From NCBI GenBank assembly GCA_965204895.1, contig OZ242025.1:1793621-1857620 (forward strand): a stretch of 64,000 nt of DNA, in the 5' to 3' direction. A program made the position numbers and the translations under genes. Positions 45,742 through 54,820 of the stretch are shown one piece after another; within the stretch, counting starts at the first letter, position 1; the number at the start of each line of letters is the position of its first letter. Under the pieces are notes generated by a model. The model worked only from the letters and a program-made list of their open reading frames with translations, had not been told where the DNA came from and searched no databases. The DNA comes from Dehalococcoidia bacterium. GTDB lineage: Bacteria > Chloroflexota > Dehalococcoidia > Lucifugimonadales > UBA2985.

Positions 45742-46392
45742 ATGGCGTCACCTGATCGAGGCGCTATCGCCCAAAAGGTCAAGGGCCTTTACGTCATTAT
45801 CGACGAACAGGCGGCGCAGGGCAGGGGACTGGTGGAGTTGAGCCGAGCGGCGCTCCGGGGTGGCGCTAGCGTCTTGCAGCTCAGGGACAAGGTCAACGAC
45901 AAGGGTGACGTGCTGCCCGTCGCCCGCGCCATCCGCGACCTGTGCGAAGAGCATGACGCCCTGCTGATAGTCAACGACCATGTTGACCTGGCCGTGGCCT
46001 GCAACGCCCACGGCGTGCACCTGGGCCAGCACGATCTTCCCATTGAGGAGGCCCGGGCCATTCTCCACCCGCACCAGATCATAGGCACGTCAAACGCCCT
46101 TCTGGAGGAGGCGCTGGACTCGGAGAGGCGGGGCGCGGACTACCTGGCCGTGGGCGCGATGTTCCCCACCAGCACCAAGGAGAGGACAAGGCCGGCCGGC
46201 CTGGAGACCCTCGGCAAAGTCAGGCAGAGCACGTCTCTGCCGCTGGTCGCCATTGGCGGCATCAACGGTGGCAACATCTCCCAGGTCGTGCAGGCGGGCG
46301 CGGATGCAGCGTGCGTCATCTCGGCGGTGGTCAACGACCCTGACCCGGAGGCGGCCGCCCGCCGTCTGGTGGCGGCGCTGGAGGCCGCGTGA
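45742..46392 (+). CDS. thiE: Thiamine-phosphate synthase
   Basis: LYVIID, LQLRDK, INDHVDLA, GVHLGQ.DL, GVGAMFPT.TK and AIGGI motifs. Confidence 0.9.
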   Translation: MASPDRGAIAQKVKGLYVIIDEQAAQGRGLVELSRAALRGGASVLQLRDKVNDKGDVLPVARAIRDLCEEHDALLIVNDHVDLAVACNAHGVHLGQHDLPIEEARAILHPHQIIGTSNALLEEALDSERRGADYLAVGAMFPTSTKERTRPAGLETLGKVRQSTSLPLVAIGGINGGNISQVVQAGADAACVISAVVNDPDPEAAARRLVAALEAA

Positions 46393-46427
46393 TCCGGCAA
46401 CACACCGTACCCTCTCAGTAAAGTCGG

Positions 46428-46469
46428 TTGATGAAGCCCGTCACATGAAGTATGATGTAGTGTGACGGG
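46428..46469 (+). promoter_or_regulatory. Candidate ccmE promoter bracketed by a 9-bp inverted repeat
   Basis: TTGATG, 17-nt spacer, TATGAT. The inverted repeat cccgtcaca (46437..46445) / tgtgacggg (46461..46469) flanks the -10 box. Confidence 0.4.
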
Positions 46470-46499
46470 AAGCACAATCATCTGTAGAGCGTAAATGAC

Positions 46500-46967
46500 A
46501 TGGCCGTTGGAATAAACCAGGAAGATGCATATGCTCTGCCGGAGCCAATGGCGGAGAGGTCCGTCCGGACCCACCGGATTGGGTTCCTTATCGCGGGCGT
46601 CGTGTTTCTGATGGTCATTGGATACCTGGGCTTCACAGCGTTCCAGAGCGCCAGCGCCTACTACCTGACCGTCAGCGAGCTCACGGCCAAGGGCGCAGAT
46701 GCCTACGACAAGAACATCCGCGTTAACGGCAAACTGGTTCCCACGTCATTTGAGAGGGACGCCGGCGGCACACTGGTGCACTTCTCCCTGACCGACGGCG
46801 CGGATACGATAAACGCCGTCCACGACGGCGTTGTGCCGGACCTGTTCTTCAACGAGCACTCGGAGATACTCCTGGAGGGCACCTACGGCCCGGAGGGTCT
46901 GTTTGACGCCCAGGCCATCATTGTGAAGTGCCCGTCCAAGTACGAGGCTCTGGAAGACTCGGCGTAG
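46500..46967 (+). CDS. ccmE: Cytochrome c maturation heme chaperone CcmE, CxxxY variant
   Basis: N-terminal TM anchor, OB-fold region (IRVNGKLVP...F.LTDG...I.V...G..PDLF.E...I.LEG) and C-terminal IIVKCPSKYE in place of the canonical AKHDENY. Confidence 0.8.
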   Translation: MAVGINQEDAYALPEPMAERSVRTHRIGFLIAGVVFLMVIGYLGFTAFQSASAYYLTVSELTAKGADAYDKNIRVNGKLVPTSFERDAGGTLVHFSLTDGADTINAVHDGVVPDLFFNEHSEILLEGTYGPEGLFDAQAIIVKCPSKYEALEDSA

Positions 46968-46994
46968 CTCCACCTACAAAGACGCGTACAAAGA

Positions 46995-47028
46995 GAAGCG
47001 CCCCTCACTGAGGGGCGCTTCCGTTTTC
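46995..47028. terminator. Bidirectional terminator between convergent ccmE and korB
   Basis: gaagcgcccc-tcactga-ggggcgcttc followed by cgttttcc on the plus strand. The minus strand also has a T-rich run. Confidence 0.6.
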
Positions 47029-47055
47029 CTAAATCAGCCCTTGCAGGCGAACCGT

Positions 47056-47922
47056 CTATATGGCGAAGGCCTCCACCTGGTCCTCAAGGCTCCTGGCCCT
47101 GACCTTCTGGGCCATAAGCTCCACGCGCTTGTCCATGGGGTCGGAATCCTCTCGCTGGTAGACGAGGCCCAGGGGGATGCCCCCCTCCTGAAGCAGGCCG
47201 TAGGCAGCCGCCTTATCGGAGGGATCGTGCTCCTCGGGGATGTCCCACGCAATGGGCGCTATCTCCTTCTTCACGTTGCCCTTCAGGAGGTCGTAGTTGT
47301 CGTTGTAGGTGGTGCAGGGCGACTGCACGTGTACAATAGAGAACCCGGGGTAGTCCATGCCCTGCTGAATCAGGTTGGCCAGGTCCCTCACCTTGCTGGA
47401 AAAGCCGGATGCAATGAAGCTGACTCCCAGCGTGAGGTACATCTCCAGGGGATTCAGGGCGTTCTCCACCTTGCCGTAGGGGGTGGTGGGCGTGATCACG
47501 CCAAGCTCCGTCGTGGGCGAGCTCTGCCCCTTCGTCAGGCCGTAGACGCCGTTGTCCATGATGATGGCCGTGACGTTCAGGTTTCGCTGGGCCTGGGGCG
47601 CAATGTGCTCGCCGCCGATGCTCAGGAAGTCGCCGTCTCCCGACACAATGACCACGTTCAAGTCAGGCCTGCCCATCTTCACGCCGAAGGCCACTGGCAG
47701 CGATCTGCCGTGCAGCCCGTGGATGCCGAAGGGCTGAACGCCGTCCAGCAGATGCACCAGGTTGCCGGAGCACCCGATGCCTGCTACAACCACTGTGTTC
47801 ACCATCGGCTGCTCAAGCTCAATGTTGCGCTTCTCTACGCCCATCTCCAACGCCCGCTTGACGCCGAAGTCACCGCAGCCCGGGCACCATTTGAAATCGT
47901 ATTCGGGATTCTTCTTGCTCAT
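47056..47922 (-). CDS. korB: 2-oxoacid:ferredoxin oxidoreductase beta subunit
   Basis: WCPGCGDFG and the TPP-binding motif GDGD..SIGG. It overlaps korA by 4 nt. Confidence 0.9.
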   Translation of the reverse strand: MSKKNPEYDFKWCPGCGDFGVKRALEMGVEKRNIELEQPMVNTVVVAGIGCSGNLVHLLDGVQPFGIHGLHGRSLPVAFGVKMGRPDLNVVIVSGDGDFLSIGGEHIAPQAQRNLNVTAIIMDNGVYGLTKGQSSPTTELGVITPTTPYGKVENALNPLEMYLTLGVSFIASGFSSKVRDLANLIQQGMDYPGFSIVHVQSPCTTYNDNYDLLKGNVKKEIAPIAWDIPEEHDPSDKAAAYGLLQEGGIPLGLVYQREDSDPMDKRVELMAQKVRARSLEDQVEAFAI

Positions 47923-49634
47923 ACGTTCACCAACTCCTTCTGTCCGGCTTCAAGTCTCTCCGTGACCCTTGCGATAAGGTCTCTGACCTTGAAGGGCTTG
48001 CCTGTGTATTGGGTCAAGGCCTCGGCCTTGATTCCCTCAGCCCTCAGGATGGAGGCCAGCTGACCCAGGTAGTTCAACTCCGGTATCAGCACCAACTCCT
48101 TCTTCCTGAGCTCCTCCATCAGCTTGGGGGGCATGGGGTGAATCTGCATGGTGTAGTACCACGCAATCTTCATCCCGTCTGCGATCATCTGGTCGTACGC
48201 CTCTCTGGCCGACCCCTTGGAGCCGCCCCAGGGCAGCAGGGCAATCGGCTCTTCGGCGTTTTCGGATTCGTACGCGCCGTCCTCAAGGAGCTTCAGCTTG
48301 CTGAAGCGCCGTTGGGTCATCTCAACGTGCCGGGTGGGCAGGTGAGTGGTGTCGCCCATGCCGTCGTGCTCGCTGGCGTTGGCCACGTATGGGCCGGGGC
48401 CGCCGGGGATGGGCATTGGCGAAAGCTCCAGGCCGGCGTAACGCTCGTAGCCGTTTTCGCCCCTGTAGATGTTCCTCTGCTCCTGTACAACCTTGGAAAC
48501 GTCAGGCTTGGGGATGTTCTGGGCCTGCTCAGAGAGGGCGTGGTCGCTCAGGAGTATCACGGGACCCTGGTACTTCTCCGCCCAGTTGATGGCGTTGATT
48601 GCGGCGTAGTAGCACTCCTCAACGGTGCCTGCGGCGATGATTGGCAGGCTGGCGTCGCCGTGGGCGGGGTGCAGCGCCGCGAACAGGTCTGACTGCTCAA
48701 CCTTGGTTGGGAGTCCCGTTGCGGGGCCGCCTCTCTGCACGTCTACAACCACGCACGGAATCTCTGCCATCCACGCCATTCCAAGGCCCTCGCTCATCAG
48801 GCTGAGGCCGGGGCCGGAGGTGGAGGTCATCGCTTTCTTCCCGGCGTAGCCCGCTCCGACTATCGCGTTTATGGACTCAATCTCCGAGCTTGCCTGGTAG
48901 ACGAACTTTCCTGGTCCTATCAGGTTGCGTTCCATGTACACCAGGATGGTGGTGGCCGGCGATATGGGGTAGCCGACGAAGAAGTCCAGGTCAGCCGCGA
49001 GCGCGCCGATGGCCAAGGCGTCGTTACCCTTGATGAGGACCTGCTCGTAGTCCGGGGGCGTCGGGTCGGCCAGTTCGCCAAGGCTGAAGCCGCTCTTCTT
49101 GGCCTCTTCGCGCCCAAGGTCCAGCGCCATGATGTTGCCCTTGATGATCTCCTCGTCCCCGGGCCGCCCCCTGCTGAACCGCTTGGTCACGAACTCGGGC
49201 AGGTAGTGCTCGGGCATGTGCACCAGGTGGGCAATGGCGCCCAGGATGACCATGTTGGCCGCCCTGGGGTTCCCGGTGGACCGGGCAAGCTCGTCTATGC
49301 GGATTCCGAAGCTCTTGCCGTCGTCCTCCAGCTGGAAGTCCTCGGAGTTGTAGACAATGACGCCGCCCTCGCGCACCTCTTCCTGGTGGGTGTCGTACGC
49401 CTCGCGGTCAAAGGCCACCAGCACGTCCAGGTCGTCGCCGTAGCTCAGCACCGGTGCGGTGGAGATACGGGCCTGGGCGAACGTGGGGCCGCCCATGATC
49501 TGGGACGGGAAAGTTACAAACGTCTTGACGTGATAACCTACTTGGGCGGTGACCTGAGCAAGCAGCTCAGCCGAGGTCACCAAACCTCCGCCTCCTTCAC
49601 CAGCAAATCGAACCACAAAGTCTGTATTTGCCAT
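47919..49634 (-). CDS. korA: 2-oxoacid:ferredoxin oxidoreductase alpha subunit (gamma-alpha fusion)
   Basis: N-terminal gamma-like domain (VRFAGEGGGGLVTSAELLA) followed by the alpha domain (GYPISPAT, TSGPGLSLM). Confidence 0.88.
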   Translation of the reverse strand: MANTDFVVRFAGEGGGGLVTSAELLAQVTAQVGYHVKTFVTFPSQIMGGPTFAQARISTAPVLSYGDDLDVLVAFDREAYDTHQEEVREGGVIVYNSEDFQLEDDGKSFGIRIDELARSTGNPRAANMVILGAIAHLVHMPEHYLPEFVTKRFSRGRPGDEEIIKGNIMALDLGREEAKKSGFSLGELADPTPPDYEQVLIKGNDALAIGALAADLDFFVGYPISPATTILVYMERNLIGPGKFVYQASSEIESINAIVGAGYAGKKAMTSTSGPGLSLMSEGLGMAWMAEIPCVVVDVQRGGPATGLPTKVEQSDLFAALHPAHGDASLPIIAAGTVEECYYAAINAINWAEKYQGPVILLSDHALSEQAQNIPKPDVSKVVQEQRNIYRGENGYERYAGLELSPMPIPGGPGPYVANASEHDGMGDTTHLPTRHVEMTQRRFSKLKLLEDGAYESENAEEPIALLPWGGSKGSAREAYDQMIADGMKIAWYYTMQIHPMPPKLMEELRKKELVLIPELNYLGQLASILRAEGIKAEALTQYTGKPFKVRDLIARVTERLEAGQKELVNV

Positions 49635-49898
49635 CTACTACCTCTCTTATAGATGATGATTCAGGAACGGCGACGGGGCCACGCGCGGCCCTTCGCTGTG
49701 CCTGTATGGGGAGTTAAACGCCATTCCGATGCCGGGTGCAACAGGATATAGGGAAACGAGGAAGCTGCTCCTCCCTGAGCCGCCTCCTCGTGCGATGTTG
49801 TATTCACACATGAGCAAGAAGACCCATCCTGCCTCTGCGTTGCTGCAAAGACCCACCGGCGGTTTCCTGCGGGCCTTCGCCTTTATCACCTGAATCCA

Positions 49899-49927
49899 AC
49901 TCTAGCATTCCACTTTATCGTTGTCAA
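49899..49927 (-). promoter_or_regulatory. Candidate korAB promoter
   Basis: The minus strand reads TTGACA acgataaagtggaatgc TAGAGT. This implies a leader of about 255 nt. Confidence 0.45.
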
Positions 49928-49939
49928 TAAGATTTCGTA

Positions 49940-49953
49940 ACGATTTATATCGT
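49940..49953. promoter_or_regulatory. Palindrome ACGAT-TTAT-ATCGT between the divergent -35 boxes
   Basis: A perfect 5+5 inverted repeat in an AT-rich 75-bp spacer. The spacer also holds ATCGTnG x3 and TTTCACA x2. Confidence 0.35.
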
Positions 49954-50002
49954 GGAAAGTTTCACAAATCGTAGCGGTTTACATAGTGCGATATTTCACA
50001 GA

Positions 50003-50031
50003 TTGACAGTGGAGAGGGCAAATGATATATT
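50003..50031 (+). promoter_or_regulatory. Candidate citrate synthase promoter
   Basis: TTGACA gtggagagggcaaatga TATATT. This implies a leader of about 210 nt. Confidence 0.5.
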
Positions 50032-50246
50032 CCTTTGCGATGGACGTTGGGCTGCTTCGGGACAGGCCGGTTAACCCGAACCCCGTAGAGAGACCCACCT
50101 GCTCCTCTCGCAGCCTTACGCAAGATACACTGACGGCTGGCAGCGTCGCGCCTTGCACGGCGCGGTTGCCGTCAGCGGCGCCTTCGCGGGGAAGTGCGGG
50201 GAGCCGTAGCTGAAACCTACATCCTTGGACGAAACTGCCGGAGGGG

Positions 50247-51392
50247 ATGAACATGACATCGGAGATTGAGATTCGAAGGGGACTGCGGGATGTCTACATT
50301 GACCACACCCAGTCCAGCTTCATAGACGGCGAGATTGGCAAGCTCCTGTACAGGGGCTACTCCATCCACGACCTCGCGGAGAAGTCCACCTTCGAGGAGA
50401 CGGTCTACCTCCTGCTCTACAGCAAGCTGCCCACGCAGAAGGAGTTGGACGAATTCGACGCGTTGCTGCGCGCAAATCGCAGCGTTCCCGACGAGGTCAT
50501 CAGGGTTCTGGACCTGGTCAAGACCAGCCACCCGATGGACGTCCTCCGCACCGGCATGTCCGCCCTCGCGGCCTTCGACCCGGAGGTGAGCGACAACTCC
50601 ATTGAAGCCACCCTGCGCAAGGGAATCCGCATGACGGCCAAGGCCCCCACCATTGTGGCGGCCCACCACAGACTGCGTCAGGGCCTGGAGCCTGTGGCCC
50701 CCAACCCGGACTTGAACCAGGCCGGCAACTTCCTCTACATGCTGCTGGGTGAGGTGCCGGACGAAGAGACGATGAAGCTGCTGGATGTGGATTTCATCCT
50801 CCACGCCGAGCACGGCATCAACGCCTCCGCCTTTGGCGCGCGGGTTACTGCCTCCACCATCTCAGACCTGCACTCGGCTGTGGTCACGGGCATAGGCGTC
50901 CTCAAGGGCCCGGCCCACGGCGGCGCAGCCGAAGAAGTGATGAAGATGGCAATCGAGATAGGCGACCCGGCCAACGCCGAGGAGTATTGCCGCAACATCC
51001 TGGACAACGGCGGCCGGATAATGGGCTTCGGCCACAGGGTGTACAGGGCGGAAGACCCCAGGGCGCGCCATCTCCGTGAGCGCTCCCGCGACCTCAGCGA
51101 GAAGGTGGGACAGCCCAAGTGGTTCCAGATACTGACCTACGTGGAAGAGGTGGCTATGGTGCCCTACCGCGAGCGGGGCATCTACGTCAACGTGGACTTC
51201 TTCGCCGGTTCCATCTACTACCTGCTGGGCATCCCGGAGGACCTGTTCATTTCCATCTTCGCAATGGGCCGTATCCCCGGCTGGACGGTGCAGGTAATGG
51301 AGCAGTTCTCCGACAACATCCTGCTGCGACCTCGCCTCCTGTACCAGGGGCCGATGGACGTGGAGTACGTGCCCATAGGCCAGCGCGGCTAG
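50247..51392 (+). CDS. gltA: Citrate synthase (small type)
   Basis: LHAEHG.NAS and GFGHRVY motifs, about 380 aa. Confidence 0.92.
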   Translation: MNMTSEIEIRRGLRDVYIDHTQSSFIDGEIGKLLYRGYSIHDLAEKSTFEETVYLLLYSKLPTQKELDEFDALLRANRSVPDEVIRVLDLVKTSHPMDVLRTGMSALAAFDPEVSDNSIEATLRKGIRMTAKAPTIVAAHHRLRQGLEPVAPNPDLNQAGNFLYMLLGEVPDEETMKLLDVDFILHAEHGINASAFGARVTASTISDLHSAVVTGIGVLKGPAHGGAAEEVMKMAIEIGDPANAEEYCRNILDNGGRIMGFGHRVYRAEDPRARHLRERSRDLSEKVGQPKWFQILTYVEEVAMVPYRERGIYVNVDFFAGSIYYLLGIPEDLFISIFAMGRIPGWTVQVMEQFSDNILLRPRLLYQGPMDVEYVPIGQRG

Positions 51393-51421
51393 CCGTCGCA
51401 GCTACCTAATAGACACAACGT

Positions 51422-51456
51422 GGGACGCCCTCAACCAGGGGCGTCCCCTTGCATTT
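51422..51456 (+). terminator. Terminator candidate after citrate synthase
   Basis: gggacgccc-tcaaccag-gggcgtccc followed by cttgcattt. Confidence 0.45.
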
Positions 51457-51471
51457 ATGGGGTGACACAGC

Positions 51472-52689
51472 ATGGCCGACGGCGCGCTGGGCGAGATTCA
51501 CAGCCTGATTCGTGAACAAGGCAGGATCACCTTCGCCGACTTCATGGAGACGGCCCTCTATTACCCCGACGGAGGCTACTACACTAACCCTGAGAACAGG
51601 GTCGGGCGGGACTTCTACACCGCGCCATCCGCACATCCGGCCTTTGGCGCGCTCATTGCAGTCCAGCTTGAGCAGCTGTGGGCGGCGATGGACGCGCCCT
51701 CCCCCTTCTACTTAATTGAGGTAGGCGCGGGCACAGGGGTTCTGGCCAGGGACATTGTGGCGTACTCGCTTGAGCTGTCCCCGGACTTCCACCGCGCCCT
51801 GGAGTACGTAGCGGTGGACTACCAGCCCTCTGAACGCGCTCCCGACTCCGTCACATGGGTGAAGGCCGGCGGCCTCCCGCTCCGGGACGTGGAGGGCTGT
51901 ATCCTCTCCAACGAGCTTCTGGACGCCTTTCCCGTGCACCGCTTCGCCGTTCAGGACGGCCGCCTGCTGGAGGTCTACGTGACCCTGCGTGACGGGGAGC
52001 TTGTGGAGACCCTTGATGAGCCGTCGACGCCGGAGATAGAGCGGCGTCTCACCGGCCTCGATCTCCCGGAGGGGTTCCGCGGCGAGGTCAACCTGGGGAT
52101 AGACGGATGGCTTGATGAGGTGAGCCGCGTGCTCAAGCGAGGTCTTGCCCTCACCGTAGACTACGGCCACACGGCGGCTGACCTGTACTCTACCTTGCGC
52201 TCCCGCGGCACACTGCGCTGCTACTACGGCCACACGCTCACGGACGACCCGTACCGGCACGTCGGCAGCCAGGACATCACGGCTCACGTGGACTTCACGT
52301 CCCTGATAGCGTCGGGGGAGGAGCGCGGCCTGGCCGCCCTTGGCTTCACAACACAGCGCAGCTTTCTCTACAACCTGGGCTTCCAGCAGCTCCTGGACTC
52401 CCTGAGCCGCATGGAGCTTGACCAGAGGCGGAGGGACGCCAACCGCATGGCGATCCTGGACCTGGTCAAGCCTGGAGAGATGGGAGATTTCAAGGTACTG
52501 GCCCAGGCCAAGGGCCTGCCGGAAGACCTGCGGCTCACCGGCTTTGACGGCGGCGGTGACTCAGGCGCAGCCGGACGCTTACCGCCCGTTCCCCTCCTCT
52601 CAGAGGGGCACATGGAGCTTATGGCCGCCCGCTACCCGCACCTGGGAATGCAGTTTGAGCACCTGTGGCCCTTTGGGAAAGAGGACTAG
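51472..52689 (+). CDS. MidA/NDUFAF7-family SAM-dependent methyltransferase (DUF185)
   Basis: ITFADFMETALYYPDGGYY, EVGAGTGVLARD, SNELLDAFPVHRF. Confidence 0.8.
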   Translation: MADGALGEIHSLIREQGRITFADFMETALYYPDGGYYTNPENRVGRDFYTAPSAHPAFGALIAVQLEQLWAAMDAPSPFYLIEVGAGTGVLARDIVAYSLELSPDFHRALEYVAVDYQPSERAPDSVTWVKAGGLPLRDVEGCILSNELLDAFPVHRFAVQDGRLLEVYVTLRDGELVETLDEPSTPEIERRLTGLDLPEGFRGEVNLGIDGWLDEVSRVLKRGLALTVDYGHTAADLYSTLRSRGTLRCYYGHTLTDDPYRHVGSQDITAHVDFTSLIASGEERGLAALGFTTQRSFLYNLGFQQLLDSLSRMELDQRRRDANRMAILDLVKPGEMGDFKVLAQAKGLPEDLRLTGFDGGGDSGAAGRLPPVPLLSEGHMELMAARYPHLGMQFEHLWPFGKED

Positions 52690-53252
52690 GCTCCTTCCGC
52701 CACCAGGCCCAGGTCCGACGCCACCGGCTTCAGGGCGTCTGCCACGAACTCAATCAACTCATCGAGGTCGACGCCAAGCTCCTCTGCCCCTTGCACCAGA
52801 TCGTCACGGCTCACGTTGCGGGCAAAGGCCTTGTCCTTCATCTTCCTTCGCACAGACCTCGCGTTGGTGTCCGCAAGGCTCTTGGACGGCCTCACCAGGG
52901 CCACCGCCGTGACAAACCCGGAAAGCTCGTCAACGGCAAAGAGGGCCTTCTCCATGAGGCTCTCCCTGGCAATTCCCGTGTGGTTCCCGTGGGAGAGGAT
53001 GGCCCTCACAATCTCCTCCGGGTAGCCCCGCTCCCGCAGAATCTCTGCTCCGTACTGGGGGTGCTCCTCCTCGGTCGGGCACACGTCCCAGTCAAAGTCG
53101 TGCAGCATCCCCGCAATTCCCCACACCTCCTCGTCCTCGCCCACCTTGCGAGCGTAGGCCCGCATGACCGCCTCCACTGAAATGCAGTGCTTCAGCAGGC
53201 TCTCCGACGTGGCGAACTCCTTGACCAGGCCCCACGCGCTCTCTCTGTCCAT
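52686..53252 (-). CDS. HD/HDIG-domain metal-dependent phosphohydrolase
   Basis: LKHCISVE...GMLHDFD (H...HD) and the downstream SH.NH pattern, 188 aa. Confidence 0.75.
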   Translation of the reverse strand: MDRESAWGLVKEFATSESLLKHCISVEAVMRAYARKVGEDEEVWGIAGMLHDFDWDVCPTEEEHPQYGAEILRERGYPEEIVRAILSHGNHTGIARESLMEKALFAVDELSGFVTAVALVRPSKSLADTNARSVRRKMKDKAFARNVSRDDLVQGAEELGVDLDELIEFVADALKPVASDLGLVAEGA

Positions 53253-54098
53253 TTACTCACCTCCTGCGACTGAGTCGATTTCGTTCGCGTCCTCTTCTGC
53301 GGCTTCCGGCGTCTCCTTGGCGGTGCACCTGCGAGCGGTGGTGATGAACCCCGTGTGCGCCACCATGCGATGCACCGGCCTCACGCTGCGCTGCGACACC
53401 GACCAGGGGCGCTCCAGCACCTCCACGGTCTCCATAAGCTCGAAGTTGGGGTTGTCCACCAGCGCGGCCTGGAGCTCGTGGATCTGGAGGACGGTGGGCA
53501 GGTAGCTCAGGAAGATGCCCCCAGGCGCAAGGACGCGGGCCGCCTCCGGCACCACGTGCCAGGGCTCCGGCACGTCCAGGACAATCCGGTCAAGCTCCGG
53601 CTCCTCTATTCCCTGGTACACGTCCCTGACCTTGACCTCCAGGTTGGGCGCATCCGGGAATAGGGCGTTGATGTTTGCTTTGGCCTTCTCCACCAGGTCC
53701 GGCCTCACCTCGTAGGACACGACCTTGCCCCTCTCGCCCACGGCCCTGAGCAGGGCCATGGTCAGCGCGCCGGACCCCAGGCCCGCCTCAAGCACCCTTG
53801 CGCCGGGGAACACGTCCCCGTGCATGATTATCGCGCCCATGTCCTTGGCGTACACCACCTGGGTGGGGTGGGGCATTTCCAGGATGTAATCGGACAGCGT
53901 TGGGCGGAAGGCCAGCAGCACGTGGCCGCTGTTGGTCTCGACCCTGGCCCCGGCCTCCTGCCCGATGATGTCGGCGTGGGGCACAATGCCCAGGTGAGTG
54001 TGAAAGGTCTTCTCAGCCGACAGCGTGAGGAGGTAGCGCCGCCCGCGCCTGTCCACCAGAAGGGCCAGGTCGCCCTCTGCAAAGTGATGGCTATTCAT
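53253..54098 (-). CDS. trmI: tRNA (adenine-N1)-methyltransferase TrmI/Gcd14 family
   Basis: N-terminal F.EGD...L.D.RGRRYL beta-domain and the SAM motif VLEAGLGSGALT. Confidence 0.85.
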   Translation of the reverse strand: MNSHHFAEGDLALLVDRRGRRYLLTLSAEKTFHTHLGIVPHADIIGQEAGARVETNSGHVLLAFRPTLSDYILEMPHPTQVVYAKDMGAIIMHGDVFPGARVLEAGLGSGALTMALLRAVGERGKVVSYEVRPDLVEKAKANINALFPDAPNLEVKVRDVYQGIEEPELDRIVLDVPEPWHVVPEAARVLAPGGIFLSYLPTVLQIHELQAALVDNPNFELMETVEVLERPWSVSQRSVRPVHRMVAHTGFITTARRCTAKETPEAAEEDANEIDSVAGGE

Positions 54099-54198
54099 TG
54101 CTGGGTTGTATCATGAACGCGTTCAAAGCTACGTCAAGAGGCAGCGCCGTCCTCAACAAACAACGCTGCCTCTGCGTCTCCCTTTTGTCGGTATCCTT

Positions 54199-54657
54199 CT
54201 ACAGCTTGTCCAGCTCGTCCAGGATCTCCTGGACGTCGGGCAGGCCGCGGTCGTAGACGCGCTTGTACCTGATCACGCCTTCCTTGTCGATGATGATGAC
54301 CGCCCGCTTGCCGACGCCCCGCTCTTCGTCGTAGATGCCGAACAGCTCGAACACATGGCCCTTGGGGTTGAAGTCGGCCAGGAGCGGGTAGGGAAGGTTG
54401 CCGAGGCCGGAGGCGAAGGCCCTCTGCGTTGGGGCGCTGTCCACGCTCATCCCCAGCACCTGCGCGCCCTTCTCCTCAAACCTGCGATTTTCGATCCGGA
54501 ACCCGGAACACTGGTGAGTTCAACCGCCTGTGAAGGACAGGAGATGGGTCTGGATAACAACGGTCTTCTCACCCAGGTACTGGCTGAGGGTGATGTTTTC
54601 CCCGTCATGGGAGCGGAGGGTGAAGTCCGGCGCCTTGTCTCCTACTTCTGCTGTCAT
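54199..54657 (-). CDS. Peroxiredoxin (BCP/PrxQ-like) with in-frame UGA at the peroxidatic position: putative selenocysteine peroxiredoxin
   Basis: My own translation from ATG 54657 (AGGAGG RBS) gives MTAEVGDKAPDFTLRSHDGENITLSQYLGEKTVVIQTHLLSFTGG-[TGA 54522..54520]-THQCSGFRIENRRFEEKGAQVLGMSVDS..., which continues in frame into track ORF 54199..54459. The TGA aligns with the Cys of the FT(P/G)xC-T-x-Q/E Prx motif, and a hairpin follows it. Confidence 0.7.
54492..54510 (-). promoter_or_regulatory. SECIS-like stem-loop downstream of the in-frame UGA
   Basis: The mRNA reads UGA ACUCACCAG UG U UCCGG GUU CCGGA U CG. The core is a 5-bp stem (54495..54499 with 54503..54507), extendable past a U.U mismatch. 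The apical loop contains GU, with its G about 18 nt after the UGA. Confidence 0.5.
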
Positions 54658-54820
54658 GTCTGCCTCCTGAGTGAAACTTGGCTGTGTTCACCTAGTCTAA
54701 CCCGCGCGCGTCGTTGGCGCAATGAGAACGCTAGGGTAATTCAGGCCTCAAAACTACCTCTTCTCCCTCGATGGAGACCTTTGCACAACTCCAGCGTTGT
54801 CCCGAAGGGAGCGCTTTTTG

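Noticed and set aside
49647-49889. 80-aa ORF (minus) in the korA leader, and 91-aa ORF 49979..50254 in the gltA leader
   Set aside because: There is no RBS, the composition is odd, and the ORFs lie within predicted 5' UTRs. They are treated as leader RNA rather than coding, but small-protein coding is not excluded.
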